A stretch of DNA of 26,144 bases, from contig CAZWME010000001.1 of the NCBI GenBank assembly GCA_964634515.1, forward strand, positions 1-26,144. Direction: 5' to 3'. Positions 1 through 8,472 of this stretch are shown piece after piece. The stretch comes from an uncultured Pirellulales bacterium (lineage in GTDB: Bacteria > Planctomycetota > Phycisphaerae > Sedimentisphaerales > Anaerobacaceae). A program made the translations under genes and the position numbers. Within the stretch, counting starts at the first letter, position 1. The number at the start of each line of letters is the position of its first letter. The notes under the pieces were generated by a model. The model worked only from the letters and a program-made list of their open reading frames with translations. It made no database searches and was not told the origin of the DNA.

Positions 1-94
1 TTTGACCCGCCAGATCCGTATAAAACTGGCTGGCTTCTGCTTCACCTGCTATCGCAAAATCCAAAATCTCCTCGATACTGTTAAATTCATCCAT
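1..94 (-). CDS. Ferritin-like/rubrerythrin family protein (N-terminal part only; runs off the window start)
   Basis: Not in the ORF track. Manual translation from ATG at 94 gives MDEFNSIEEILDFAIAGEAEASQFYTDLAGQ..., matching the first helix of rubrerythrin/ferritin-like proteins (E-I-L-x-x-A-I-x-x-E-x-x-A-x-x-F-Y-x-x-L-A). A purine-rich GAAGGGA lies just upstream. Confidence 0.75.
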   Translation of the reverse strand, partial: MDEFNSIEEILDFAIAGEAEASQFYTDLAGQ

Positions 95-371
95 AACACG
101 TATCCCTTCAATAGTTTCTCATTCCAATCCACTCAAACAGGATTTTCCCGCCGAGTTTAATTTTCGACATAGTACCCCGATTACCCCTGAAATTCAAGAT
201 TTCCAATTAGCATAATAATACATGGTGAAATTTTGTCATTTACATTGCCTTATAATAGTTCTCATATCTTCACCAATACTGCGCCCTTGCAAAAACAGTA
301 CCTTAAGATGATAATGAAATTGATTCAACAGGTAATATTAATAGGATAATAACAGAGGTCTAATCCGGACT

Positions 372-1097
372 ATGAAGGTAAGAAAAGAGAAATTCACGGT
401 TAAATCCTATGAGTGCCGGCCTGATGGAAATATTAAGACAGCTTGCCTAATGCAGTATTTACAGGAAGCCGCGGCCCTGCACGCCGAACAGCTTGGCTTT
501 GGAGTTGACAGGTTAAATAAAATAAACAGCTATTGGGTCCTGTCAAATCTCAGGATCGAAATCAACAGACTGCCAAAATGGAATGATGAAATTACCGTCA
601 AAACATGGCCGAGCGGATATACCCGTTCAATAGCTGCGAGGGAATTTGTCGGTAGGGATCAAAATGACTGTGAGTTATTCAAAGCCAGCAGCCAGTGGAT
701 GGTATTGGATAAACAAAGCAACCGGCCGAAAAATTTATTCCGTCTCGAATTGAGCCTGCCCAAAACCGGGCTAAAAGCATTATCGGAAAAACTGGTAAGA
801 TTAGAACCGCAGGATGATTACAGCGAAGCTGACCGAATAAGTGTGCCCTACAGCTCAATCGACTTAAATGGGCATGTGAATAATACGGAATATGTGCGGT
901 GGGGCATTGACGCATTGAGAAAAGCATTCAAATTCCAGGGGAACATTCGTTCGATGCAAGCTACTTATTTGTCCGAAGTTTTTGAAGACGATGAACTTGA
1001 TCTGCTGCTTTCTCACAGCAATAACGGACATTTCTGTGTGCTCGCTCGAAGAGCAGATGTGGATAGCAACGTGCATGTTATGGAGATCGGCTGCTAA
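372..1097 (+). CDS. Acyl-ACP thioesterase (FatA/FatB-like, double hotdog fold)
   Basis: 241 aa. N-terminal F-x-V-x-SYE-x-x-x-x-G and LQEAA-x-x-HA motifs, EI-x-VKTWPSG, SSQW-x-x-LD, and the catalytic-region motif SIDLNGHVNNTEYVRW. Confidence 0.92.
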   Translation: MKVRKEKFTVKSYECRPDGNIKTACLMQYLQEAAALHAEQLGFGVDRLNKINSYWVLSNLRIEINRLPKWNDEITVKTWPSGYTRSIAAREFVGRDQNDCELFKASSQWMVLDKQSNRPKNLFRLELSLPKTGLKALSEKLVRLEPQDDYSEADRISVPYSSIDLNGHVNNTEYVRWGIDALRKAFKFQGNIRSMQATYLSEVFEDDELDLLLSHSNNGHFCVLARRADVDSNVHVMEIGC

Positions 1098-1133
1098 ATC
1101 CACTGTGCGGTTCTTCTATCTCATAAAGCAACA

Positions 1134-2318
1134 TCAAGAGTATGCGTTTTCATAAATGTTAACTACATCGTCCAGTGTAAGCTCGGCCGGAGTTATATCG
1201 AAAAGACTGCCCATAGCATAGAAGGAGTTTTCCGCGAAAGTTCTTAAATTGCTTTGCTCAATACCGAAATCGGAGAGCTTGTCTTCAAAGCCTATATTTT
1301 TTATCAGCTTCTTCAATCCGGCTATAAATGCCATGGGCCTTTCCTTTTCGTCAAGCTCATCAACATTTTCCCCCATAGCCCTTGCAAGGTCGGGAAAACG
1401 TGCGGGATTTTTTTCTGCCAGGCAGCTAAAGTAGGAAACCGAGAGCATCGTAAGGCCGCAGCCGTGAGCGACATCAGGAAAATATGCACTGATGGCATGT
1501 TCCATAGAATGATGAGATATACAACGGGATAGTGACTCACATATTCCCGCTTCGGTATTCGCCCAGGCCAGCTTGGTTCTTGCCTCCATATTCGCGCCGT
1601 CTTTGACGGCTATTGGCAGATATTTTGTAATAAGACTGATTGCCTCCAGCGCCAAAAGGTCGCTCGTCGGCTGATTGATTGTTGCGAGATATGTTTCAAC
1701 CGAGTGAAAAAAAGCATCCATGCCGGTGTAAGCGGTAGTTTTCCCAGGGACGCTTACCATTATCTCCGGGTCAACGATTGACAATCGCGGAAAGGTAAAA
1801 TTGTTTCCCCATCCTATCTTCTCGTTCGTGTCGCTTTTGGTAATTACCGTCCATGGATCGGCTTCGGTTCCTGTGCCGGCGGTTGTGGTTATGGCCACGA
1901 TAGGCAAGGCGCCGTTGGGTGGTGTTTTGCCGCCGCCGCTTCCTCTGTTTATATAGTCCCAGTAATTCCCCGGATTAACCGCCATTAAAGCTATGCTCTT
2001 TGACGAATCGAGGGTACTGCCCCCTCCGAGACCAACTACGAAATCACAGCTATTGTCTTTGGCGACGGATGCCCCCTCCTGCACATGTTCGGAAACAGGA
2101 TTAGGCTTAATTTTATCATATACAACCGACTCAACTCCATTGTCTTTAAGGTACTTTATCACTCGGTCAAGATATCCGTATTTCCTCATAACTCCGGATT
2201 CACCGATTACTACAAGAGCTTTCTTTCCGGGTAAATACGGCGTGGTTTTAAGCTCGCTCAACTTGCCGCAACCGAATATTATTCTGGTTGGCATGTAATA
2301 ACAAAAATCAAGGTTCAT
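1134..2318 (-). CDS. Iron-containing alcohol dehydrogenase (Fe-ADH family)
   Basis: 394 aa. MPTRIIFG start, NAD(P)-binding GLGGGS-x-x-D-x-x-K, ITTTAGTGTE, and metal ligands in GMDAFFHSVE, HHSMEHA and VAHG. Confidence 0.95.
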   Translation of the reverse strand: MNLDFCYYMPTRIIFGCGKLSELKTTPYLPGKKALVVIGESGVMRKYGYLDRVIKYLKDNGVESVVYDKIKPNPVSEHVQEGASVAKDNSCDFVVGLGGGSTLDSSKSIALMAVNPGNYWDYINRGSGGGKTPPNGALPIVAITTTAGTGTEADPWTVITKSDTNEKIGWGNNFTFPRLSIVDPEIMVSVPGKTTAYTGMDAFFHSVETYLATINQPTSDLLALEAISLITKYLPIAVKDGANMEARTKLAWANTEAGICESLSRCISHHSMEHAISAYFPDVAHGCGLTMLSVSYFSCLAEKNPARFPDLARAMGENVDELDEKERPMAFIAGLKKLIKNIGFEDKLSDFGIEQSNLRTFAENSFYAMGSLFDITPAELTLDDVVNIYENAYS

Positions 2319-2389
2319 TTTTTACTTCCTTACAAACAACATGAGGTCTGCTGTCCCTGGAACAGGGGAAATAATTGCAGGTACGTTCT

Positions 2390-3976
2390 TTATATCTTAA
2401 CTTTATCGCCGACACTTTCCTGCCATTTATTAATCATCGCCGTGAGCTTTCTGATAATATCCTCGTGCCGACCTGAATCGTACAGATTGACAGTCTCGCC
2501 CGGGTCTTTATTTAAATCGAACAACTGACATTTGTCTGTATCACTAATACATAACTTCCAGCCATCGGGTGAAACAGCAGCCCGCGTGTGCTCGTTTTCC
2601 AGACGACGCAGTTCTTCCTTCGCTGCAAGCAGCGTACCCCCTTTCTTGACCTTCATTGCCCCGCTGTTCGGATTCCATTCAATAAAGACATTATCTTGCC
2701 CTGCCCGACCTCCCTTGATAAGTGGAACCAGGCTTTTGCCCGGAAAACGCCCATCTGATCCACAACCCAGCAAGTCCATTAAAGTCGGAACCATGTCGAT
2801 TTGACTGACCCTGTCTTTGATAAGGCTGCCCTGCATCTGAGGTATCCGCATCAGCCAGGGCACTTTGACTGCTTCTTCATACATCACGCTCTTTTCCACC
2901 ATATGATGCGAGCCCATCATATCTCCGTGGTCGCTGGTATAGACAACAATTGTATCATCTGCCAGCCCCAGGTCATCCAGGGTTTTAAGAATCGCACCGA
3001 CACTAAGATCAACCTGCGTAACCAGGCCCCAGTAGCGACTAATAAGAGCCATTATGTCCTGTTCATCTTTACCGTATTTAGCCCGGCAGTATTCACGAAT
3101 GATACGATAACGGAGTGGCTCGTTTTCTTCCAGTAAATCAGGAAAGTTGGAAGGTAAATTTATTTCTTCCGGACTATGTTCATCGTCAAGCGGCCCAAAA
3201 AATGGCATATGCGGTTCGAGAAAATTGATGTACAGGATAAAAGGTTCTTGACGATGCCGGCGTAAGAAATCGCAGGCTTTTTTCTCCAAAAACTTCGGCT
3301 TACAATGTTCGAGAATCCTCCGCGCTGCAAACGAGCGGCTGAATGCGTTGTTACCGGAATCCGGTTTATAACCATTCTCGATGAGAAAATGATGATAATC
3401 GCTTCTCCTGTCACGGTCGCGCCCGTCGCTGTAATAACGCCTGTACCCGTCTTCAATGGAAACCCACTCTTCAAAGCCACGCTGGGCAAATATCTCGTCA
3501 CCAAGGTGCCATTTGCCCATATAAGCCGTGCGGTAGTCACTGTCGCCGAGCATCTCCGGAAGACATGGGATATCCGGTGGTAATGGTACGTTGTTTTTGA
3601 TACAGCCGCTTTGGTGCGGCCAGAGTCCGGTCATCACAGCCGAGCGGTTAGGCGTACAGACCGGTTGTGTTACATAAGCGTTCTCGAACACGACACTTTG
3701 GCCGGCCAGCTTATTCAGGTTGGGCACATGGATTTTGTTATTGCCATAAGCGGCCATTGTGTCCGCACGCTGCTCATCGGTCCAGATAAATAAGAGATTG
3801 GGTTTCTTTTGTTTTGGCCTGTGGACCTTTCGTGAGGTTGTGGTCCTTGGGACTCCTGACGGAGAACATGCGCCGGTAACGAGTGCGGCTGTCCCTAAAG
3901 TCGCAGCTTTCGCAAATTCTCGTCGGCTTAGTTTTGGCTTCATGGTACACTTCTTACTTGTGTTATCTTCAAACAT
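2390..3976 (-). CDS. Tat-exported sulfatase (Cys-type formylglycine-dependent)
   Basis: 528 aa. Twin-arginine SRREFAK plus a hydrophobic stretch, PNLLFIWTDEQR, the FGly motif CTPNRSAVMTG, YMGKWHLG, and YTSDHGDMMG. The start may instead be the ATG at 3943. Confidence 0.95.
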   Translation of the reverse strand: MFEDNTSKKCTMKPKLSRREFAKAATLGTAALVTGACSPSGVPRTTTSRKVHRPKQKKPNLLFIWTDEQRADTMAAYGNNKIHVPNLNKLAGQSVVFENAYVTQPVCTPNRSAVMTGLWPHQSGCIKNNVPLPPDIPCLPEMLGDSDYRTAYMGKWHLGDEIFAQRGFEEWVSIEDGYRRYYSDGRDRDRRSDYHHFLIENGYKPDSGNNAFSRSFAARRILEHCKPKFLEKKACDFLRRHRQEPFILYINFLEPHMPFFGPLDDEHSPEEINLPSNFPDLLEENEPLRYRIIREYCRAKYGKDEQDIMALISRYWGLVTQVDLSVGAILKTLDDLGLADDTIVVYTSDHGDMMGSHHMVEKSVMYEEAVKVPWLMRIPQMQGSLIKDRVSQIDMVPTLMDLLGCGSDGRFPGKSLVPLIKGGRAGQDNVFIEWNPNSGAMKVKKGGTLLAAKEELRRLENEHTRAAVSPDGWKLCISDTDKCQLFDLNKDPGETVNLYDSGRHEDIIRKLTAMINKWQESVGDKVKI

Positions 3977-4069
3977 TGCCTATCGCTGATAAAGGCTGTC
4001 CGGAATAGTTTACACTCTGAGGATCAATATAACAAGCTGTTTATACTGCTCCTTGAGTTCATATGCTTG

Positions 4070-4098
4070 TTGTCAACCGCTTACCGATTAGCTACAAT
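4070..4098 (+). promoter_or_regulatory. Putative sigma70 promoter for the URO-D-like/DUF5703 pair
   Basis: TTGTCA (4070-4075), a 17-nt spacer, then TACAAT (4093-4098), 57 nt upstream of the ATG at 4156. Confidence 0.5.
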
Positions 4099-4155
4099 TA
4101 ATTTAGTCTCTGCGATATATTGGTACTATGTTTAATATGATACGGAGTAAGCGTA

Positions 4156-5358
4156 ATGGGAATGTTCGATAATACAGCGGACAGCTCAAAGGCTCGCAAG
4201 AGGAAAGAAGGCACACTTGCCAAGCTCGACCGAATGAGGAAAACCCTGAACCATCAGGAGCCGGACAGAGTTCCTGTGAGCGATTTCTTCTGGGGCGGTT
4301 TTATAACACGCTGGCGAAAGGATCTGAATCTGCCCGATGATGCCAATCCTTATTATTATTACGACCTGGACTGGACTGTTACCGTGTCCAATATGGACCC
4401 GTTTATCCGGCCGTTTGAGACCCTGAAGGAAAACAACGAGGAAGTTATTCTGAAAACCGGTTTTGGTGCGATTTTGCGGAAGAAATTTTCTGACCCTATG
4501 CCCGAGTTTGTTGCTTTTGAAACGGACACCTTAGAAAAGCTGGAAGCTCTTGAGTTTGACGACCCTTACGACAAAAGAAGATATTTCCAGGCGGGTGACA
4601 ATCAAATCGCCGGTGTCGGGGACGGCTTCGAACGGAATTCGCCGCCCTGGATTGAAACCGTAAAATCTTTATGGCCGGACTTTCCTGTATTCGGCAGTAT
4701 TATAGAATGCAACGAATGCCTGACCCGCCTTATTGGGCCCGAGAATAATATGCTATGGATAGGAATGCATCCCGAGCGAATGGGTAAAGCTATCGACCGG
4801 ATTGGACGGTTCTATCTTGAATGTGCAAAGGCTGAAATCACAGCGGCCGAAAATCTTTTGGACGGCTTTGTCATCTGGGGAGACGTGGCCTATAGGAATG
4901 ATATGTTTTTCTCACCCGACTATTGGCGCCGATACTTCAAGCCATGGGTCAAGGCAATCGTAGATTACGCTCATGCAAAAGGCCTGATGGTCATCTATCA
5001 CGGTTGTGGCAATATTAACAAAATCCTCGATGACTATATCGAGATTGGTATCGACGCATTGAATCCGCTGGAGGCCAAGGCGGATTTGGATGCTGTGCAG
5101 TTGCGCCGCAAATACGGCCAGAGGTTAGGCATTTGCGGAAACAGCAATATAAAAATATGGGAAGCCGGCCGCAGGGAGCTTATACGAAAGGAAATTTTAA
5201 GAAAGCTCAATGCCGCAAAAGGCGGTGGCTATGTTTTCCAGTCAGACCATTCCGTAAGCAGCAATGTCTCGGGGCATACTTATGATTATATCGTAAACCT
5301 TGTTCGCCAATTCGGACAATATCCCCTTGATTTGGGCCGGTTCAATGAGGCAATTTGA
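4156..5358 (+). CDS. Uroporphyrinogen decarboxylase/MtaA-CmuA methyltransferase superfamily protein
   Basis: 400 aa. R-x-x-x-x-L-x-H-x-EPDRVP start, DGFVIWGDVAY, YHGCGN, GIDALNPLE, and GGGYVFQSDHSV. SD GGAG lies upstream. Confidence 0.85.
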   Translation: MGMFDNTADSSKARKRKEGTLAKLDRMRKTLNHQEPDRVPVSDFFWGGFITRWRKDLNLPDDANPYYYYDLDWTVTVSNMDPFIRPFETLKENNEEVILKTGFGAILRKKFSDPMPEFVAFETDTLEKLEALEFDDPYDKRRYFQAGDNQIAGVGDGFERNSPPWIETVKSLWPDFPVFGSIIECNECLTRLIGPENNMLWIGMHPERMGKAIDRIGRFYLECAKAEITAAENLLDGFVIWGDVAYRNDMFFSPDYWRRYFKPWVKAIVDYAHAKGLMVIYHGCGNINKILDDYIEIGIDALNPLEAKADLDAVQLRRKYGQRLGICGNSNIKIWEAGRRELIRKEILRKLNAAKGGGYVFQSDHSVSSNVSGHTYDYIVNLVRQFGQYPLDLGRFNEAI

Positions 5359-5376
5359 TAATTCCTGGAGGAATAA

Positions 5377-7650
5377 ATGCTGACACTTAAATCTCAGAAA
5401 ACATTTTGGTTAATATTATGTGTGGTTGTGTTTTGTTCCTGCACTGGTTTTGGGAAAGAAAAGGCAGCTCAAAATTTTAATGATATCGAAACTTACAACG
5501 TCCTCTGGAGTAGTCCGAGCAAGGACAGTTCCGGTTCGATGCCGATAGGCAATGGAGACATCGGCTTAAACCTCTGGGTGGAGGAAAACGGAGACCTCCT
5601 GTTCTATATAAGCAAGACCGACGCCTGGAGTGATAACTGCCGGCTGCTCAAACTTTCTCGGGTACGCCTGAAACTTTCACCTAATCCGTTCGGCAAAGCC
5701 GGCCCTTTCTGCCAGACGTTGAAGCTGCGCCAGGGTGAGATTGAAATCATCGCCGGCCAATTGGAAAAACAGGTTGCATTACGCATTTGGGTGGATGCCA
5801 ATCGACCTGTAATTTATGTCGAAGCTGAAAGCAAGAAGTCCTTTAACATTCAATGTAATCTTGAGGTTTGGCGTAACGAGACTCGCCGGCTCAAAGGCGA
5901 TGAAGCCAATAGTGCCCGTGCCCTGACAGGTAACGATGATTATCCTATCATCGTTTATCCGGATGTGGTTCTGCCGGCCCAGAACAATCGCATCGTTTGG
6001 TACCATCGCAACGAGAAGTCCTGTTATCCGGTCACGTTAAAGAACCAGCATCTTGACCGGTTGCTGGCAAAGTATCGTGACCCGCTTCTAAACCGCACAT
6101 TTGGCGGATGCATGAAAGGCGATGGATTACAGGCCATTGATAAGAATATTCTCAAATCAGCCAAACCGGGCAAGCATTTTGTGGTTTCGATTTACCCTCT
6201 GACGGCGCAGACAAAATCCATTGACGACTGGCTGAGTTTGCTGGAAAAACAAATAGCTGCGATTGATGCAATAGATCTGAAGACCGCACGTGCTGCACAC
6301 AGGCAGTGGTGGGAGAGGTTCTGGAAGCGGAGCTGGATTTTTATAGACGGCCTAAAAGATGCCGAAGTAGTGACTCGTGGCTATAACCTCCAGCGATGGA
6401 TAAACGCCTGCGGTGGCCGTGGTACTTGTCCCATCAAGTTCAACGGTTCGATTTTTACTGTTGATGCCAAGGTGGGCAAGGAGCATCTTGACGGTGATTA
6501 TAGACGATGGGGTGGAATGTACTGGTGGCAGAATACCAGGCTGCCTTATTGGTCGATGCTGGCAGCGGGGGATTTCGATCTCATCCAGCCGCTGTTTACG
6601 ATGTACATAAAGGCGCTCGGTCTGTGCCGTGACAAAACAAGGATTTATTATAACCATGATGGTGCTTTTTTTCCGGAAACGATGCACTTTTGGGGCACGA
6701 ACGGCAATTGCGATTTTGGCTGGGGCCATAAAGGGCCTGAAACCGTTAACCGATACATACGCCGCGAATGGCAGGGCGGGATCGAACTAACAGCCATGAT
6801 GCTTGATTATTACGCCATTACACAGGACAGAAAGTTTCTGCGTGATATGCTTTTGCCCCTGGCCGATGAGACCATTACTTTTTTCGACAGGCACTGGCCT
6901 CGCGATGAGCAGGGTAAAATTCGCTTCGAGCCTTCCCAGTCACTGGAGACATGGTGGCAGTGCGTCAATCCCCTGCCGGAGGTTGCCGGACTTAAGTTCG
7001 TACTCAGTGCGTTATTGGAGCTGCCCGAAGAACTGACAACCAACTCACAGCGAAAGTCCTGGAAGAAAATCCTGACCGACCTGCCTGCTGTTCCAATGAA
7101 ACAAGACAAGGGCAAACAAATTTTACTCCCGGCTGAAAAATACAGCGAAAAGCGAAACCAGGAAAATCCCGAATTATACGCCATTTTTCCATACCGGCTT
7201 TTTGGAATTGAAAAACCAAACCTGGAAATTGGAATTGAGACCTATCAGCGACGAGTGCATAAGGGTACCGGAGGCTGGTATCAGACACCGGTCCAGGCCG
7301 CGTATCTTGGCTTAACGCAGGACGCCTCGAAATTCGTTACTCAGAATTTCTCAACTAAGCACAAGGGCAGCCGTTTCCCCGCATTCTGGGGGCCCAATTA
7401 CGACTGGATTCCCGACCAGGACCACGGCGCCGTAACGATGACAGCTCTGCAGCGAATGCTTATACAGACAGACGGCAGGAAGATATACCTGCTGCCCGCC
7501 TGGCCCAATAACTGGGACGTCGATTTTAAACTTCATGCACCTTTCAAGACAATCGTTCAGGGCACTGTCCGAAATGGACGAATTGAGAAACTCTACGTCA
7601 CACCTGAAAGTCGGCGTAAAGATATAAAAATTTTGAGTGGCAAATCCTAA
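5377..7650 (+). CDS. Secreted DUF5703-domain, GH95-like glycoside hydrolase (alpha/alpha barrel)
   Basis: 757 aa. Signal peptide, SMPIGNGDIGLNLWVE, WWQNTRLPYW, SQSLETWW, ENPELYAIFPY, WIPDQDHG and LLPAWP-x-x-WDVDFKLHAP. Perfect SD GGAGG, 18 nt after the upstream stop. Confidence 0.8.
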   Translation: MLTLKSQKTFWLILCVVVFCSCTGFGKEKAAQNFNDIETYNVLWSSPSKDSSGSMPIGNGDIGLNLWVEENGDLLFYISKTDAWSDNCRLLKLSRVRLKLSPNPFGKAGPFCQTLKLRQGEIEIIAGQLEKQVALRIWVDANRPVIYVEAESKKSFNIQCNLEVWRNETRRLKGDEANSARALTGNDDYPIIVYPDVVLPAQNNRIVWYHRNEKSCYPVTLKNQHLDRLLAKYRDPLLNRTFGGCMKGDGLQAIDKNILKSAKPGKHFVVSIYPLTAQTKSIDDWLSLLEKQIAAIDAIDLKTARAAHRQWWERFWKRSWIFIDGLKDAEVVTRGYNLQRWINACGGRGTCPIKFNGSIFTVDAKVGKEHLDGDYRRWGGMYWWQNTRLPYWSMLAAGDFDLIQPLFTMYIKALGLCRDKTRIYYNHDGAFFPETMHFWGTNGNCDFGWGHKGPETVNRYIRREWQGGIELTAMMLDYYAITQDRKFLRDMLLPLADETITFFDRHWPRDEQGKIRFEPSQSLETWWQCVNPLPEVAGLKFVLSALLELPEELTTNSQRKSWKKILTDLPAVPMKQDKGKQILLPAEKYSEKRNQENPELYAIFPYRLFGIEKPNLEIGIETYQRRVHKGTGGWYQTPVQAAYLGLTQDASKFVTQNFSTKHKGSRFPAFWGPNYDWIPDQDHGAVTMTALQRMLIQTDGRKIYLLPAWPNNWDVDFKLHAPFKTIVQGTVRNGRIEKLYVTPESRRKDIKILSGKS

Positions 7651-7779
7651 GCCACTGGTAGAAAGTTTACAACGTAGGTTTCAGAATAGTGTTTGAAACC
7701 GACAACCAGGTTCAACTGTTCGTCAGCAACAAGTGAGCAAGCTCGGGATTCTAAATAAGACAAAAGCTCGCAAGAATTA

Positions 7780-8472
7780 CTAACCGTCGAGGGCCATTCG
7801 GCAGAAAAGGTTAAGTGCCTGAAGAACACGCTCTCGTTTCTCGGAGATTTGAAGGAAAGGCGCCCGCGAAAGCTCGACCTGTACCCAGGGCAGCTCGGAT
7901 GAATGCGAACGGATAATATAGCCGCCTTTGAACGGATGATTGATCGATATTTCACTCTCGAATGATGCCTCCAGGCATTGAACCAGTTTTTCAAACCACT
8001 CCTGTGGGCATGTCCCATGTGCATTACTCAGACATATTTTGGGCCGCTCACAATCCGAATCTGTAGCAGAAGGAGGGCCGACGGCGGCCATAGTATGACA
8101 ATCGACGCCGAATTTGACATCGGCCGCAGATTCTAAAAGCCGCTGATGATAAGGGCGGTAGTAACGCTCCAGAAGAATCTCGACCGCATCTTCGGGGACG
8201 GGCTGACGATATACACTGGCGTTGTAGCAGGTATGGGTTTTAACGATACCGTCCCGGCCTCTATCATCTTCGGCCCGATTCATGTCCACTATTGTGCGGG
8301 CAACATCCGTTGTGATATGCGCTGTCACCTCGGATTTCAGCTCGTATATCTCTGCTGACCCCTCGTCACTGTCGGCAAGTATCTGCTCCGGTGTCAGCAC
8401 ACAATATTCCTGCACTTCCTGTGGCACGGTCAGACCGGCATGAGGGACCGAAATAATTAGTGGCAGTTTCAT
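7780..8472 (-). CDS. N-formylglutamate amidohydrolase family protein (Zn-carboxypeptidase-like fold)
   Basis: 230 aa. PLIISVPHAG, DSD, ARTIVDMNR, YYRPYH-x-x-L, VDCHTM, INHPFKGGYI, and WVQVELSR. The start overlaps the GGT stop (ATGA, 8469-8472). Confidence 0.9.
   Translation of the reverse strand: MKLPLIISVPHAGLTVPQEVQEYCVLTPEQILADSDEGSAEIYELKSEVTAHITTDVARTIVDMNRAEDDRGRDGIVKTHTCYNASVYRQPVPEDAVEILLERYYRPYHQRLLESAADVKFGVDCHTMAAVGPPSATDSDCERPKICLSNAHGTCPQEWFEKLVQCLEASFESEISINHPFKGGYIIRSHSSELPWVQVELSRAPFLQISEKRERVLQALNLFCRMALDG

Noticed and set aside
108-170. 20-codon minus-strand ORF upstream of the rubrerythrin-like gene
   Set aside because: It is too short, has only a weak SD-like GGGG, and has no independent support.
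250-328. PerR-like (TTATAATAGTTCTCA) and Fur-like (GATAATGAAATTGATTCAA) boxes near the rubrerythrin-like gene
   Set aside because: These are only 11/14 and 13/19 matches in very AT-rich DNA, with imperfect dyad symmetry. They cannot be distinguished from chance by eye.
7647-8024. 125-aa minus-strand ORF
   Set aside because: It overlaps the FGase-family gene by 245 nt in another frame and has no recognisable motif or SD. The non-overlapping tail could be a remnant, but I cannot support that.
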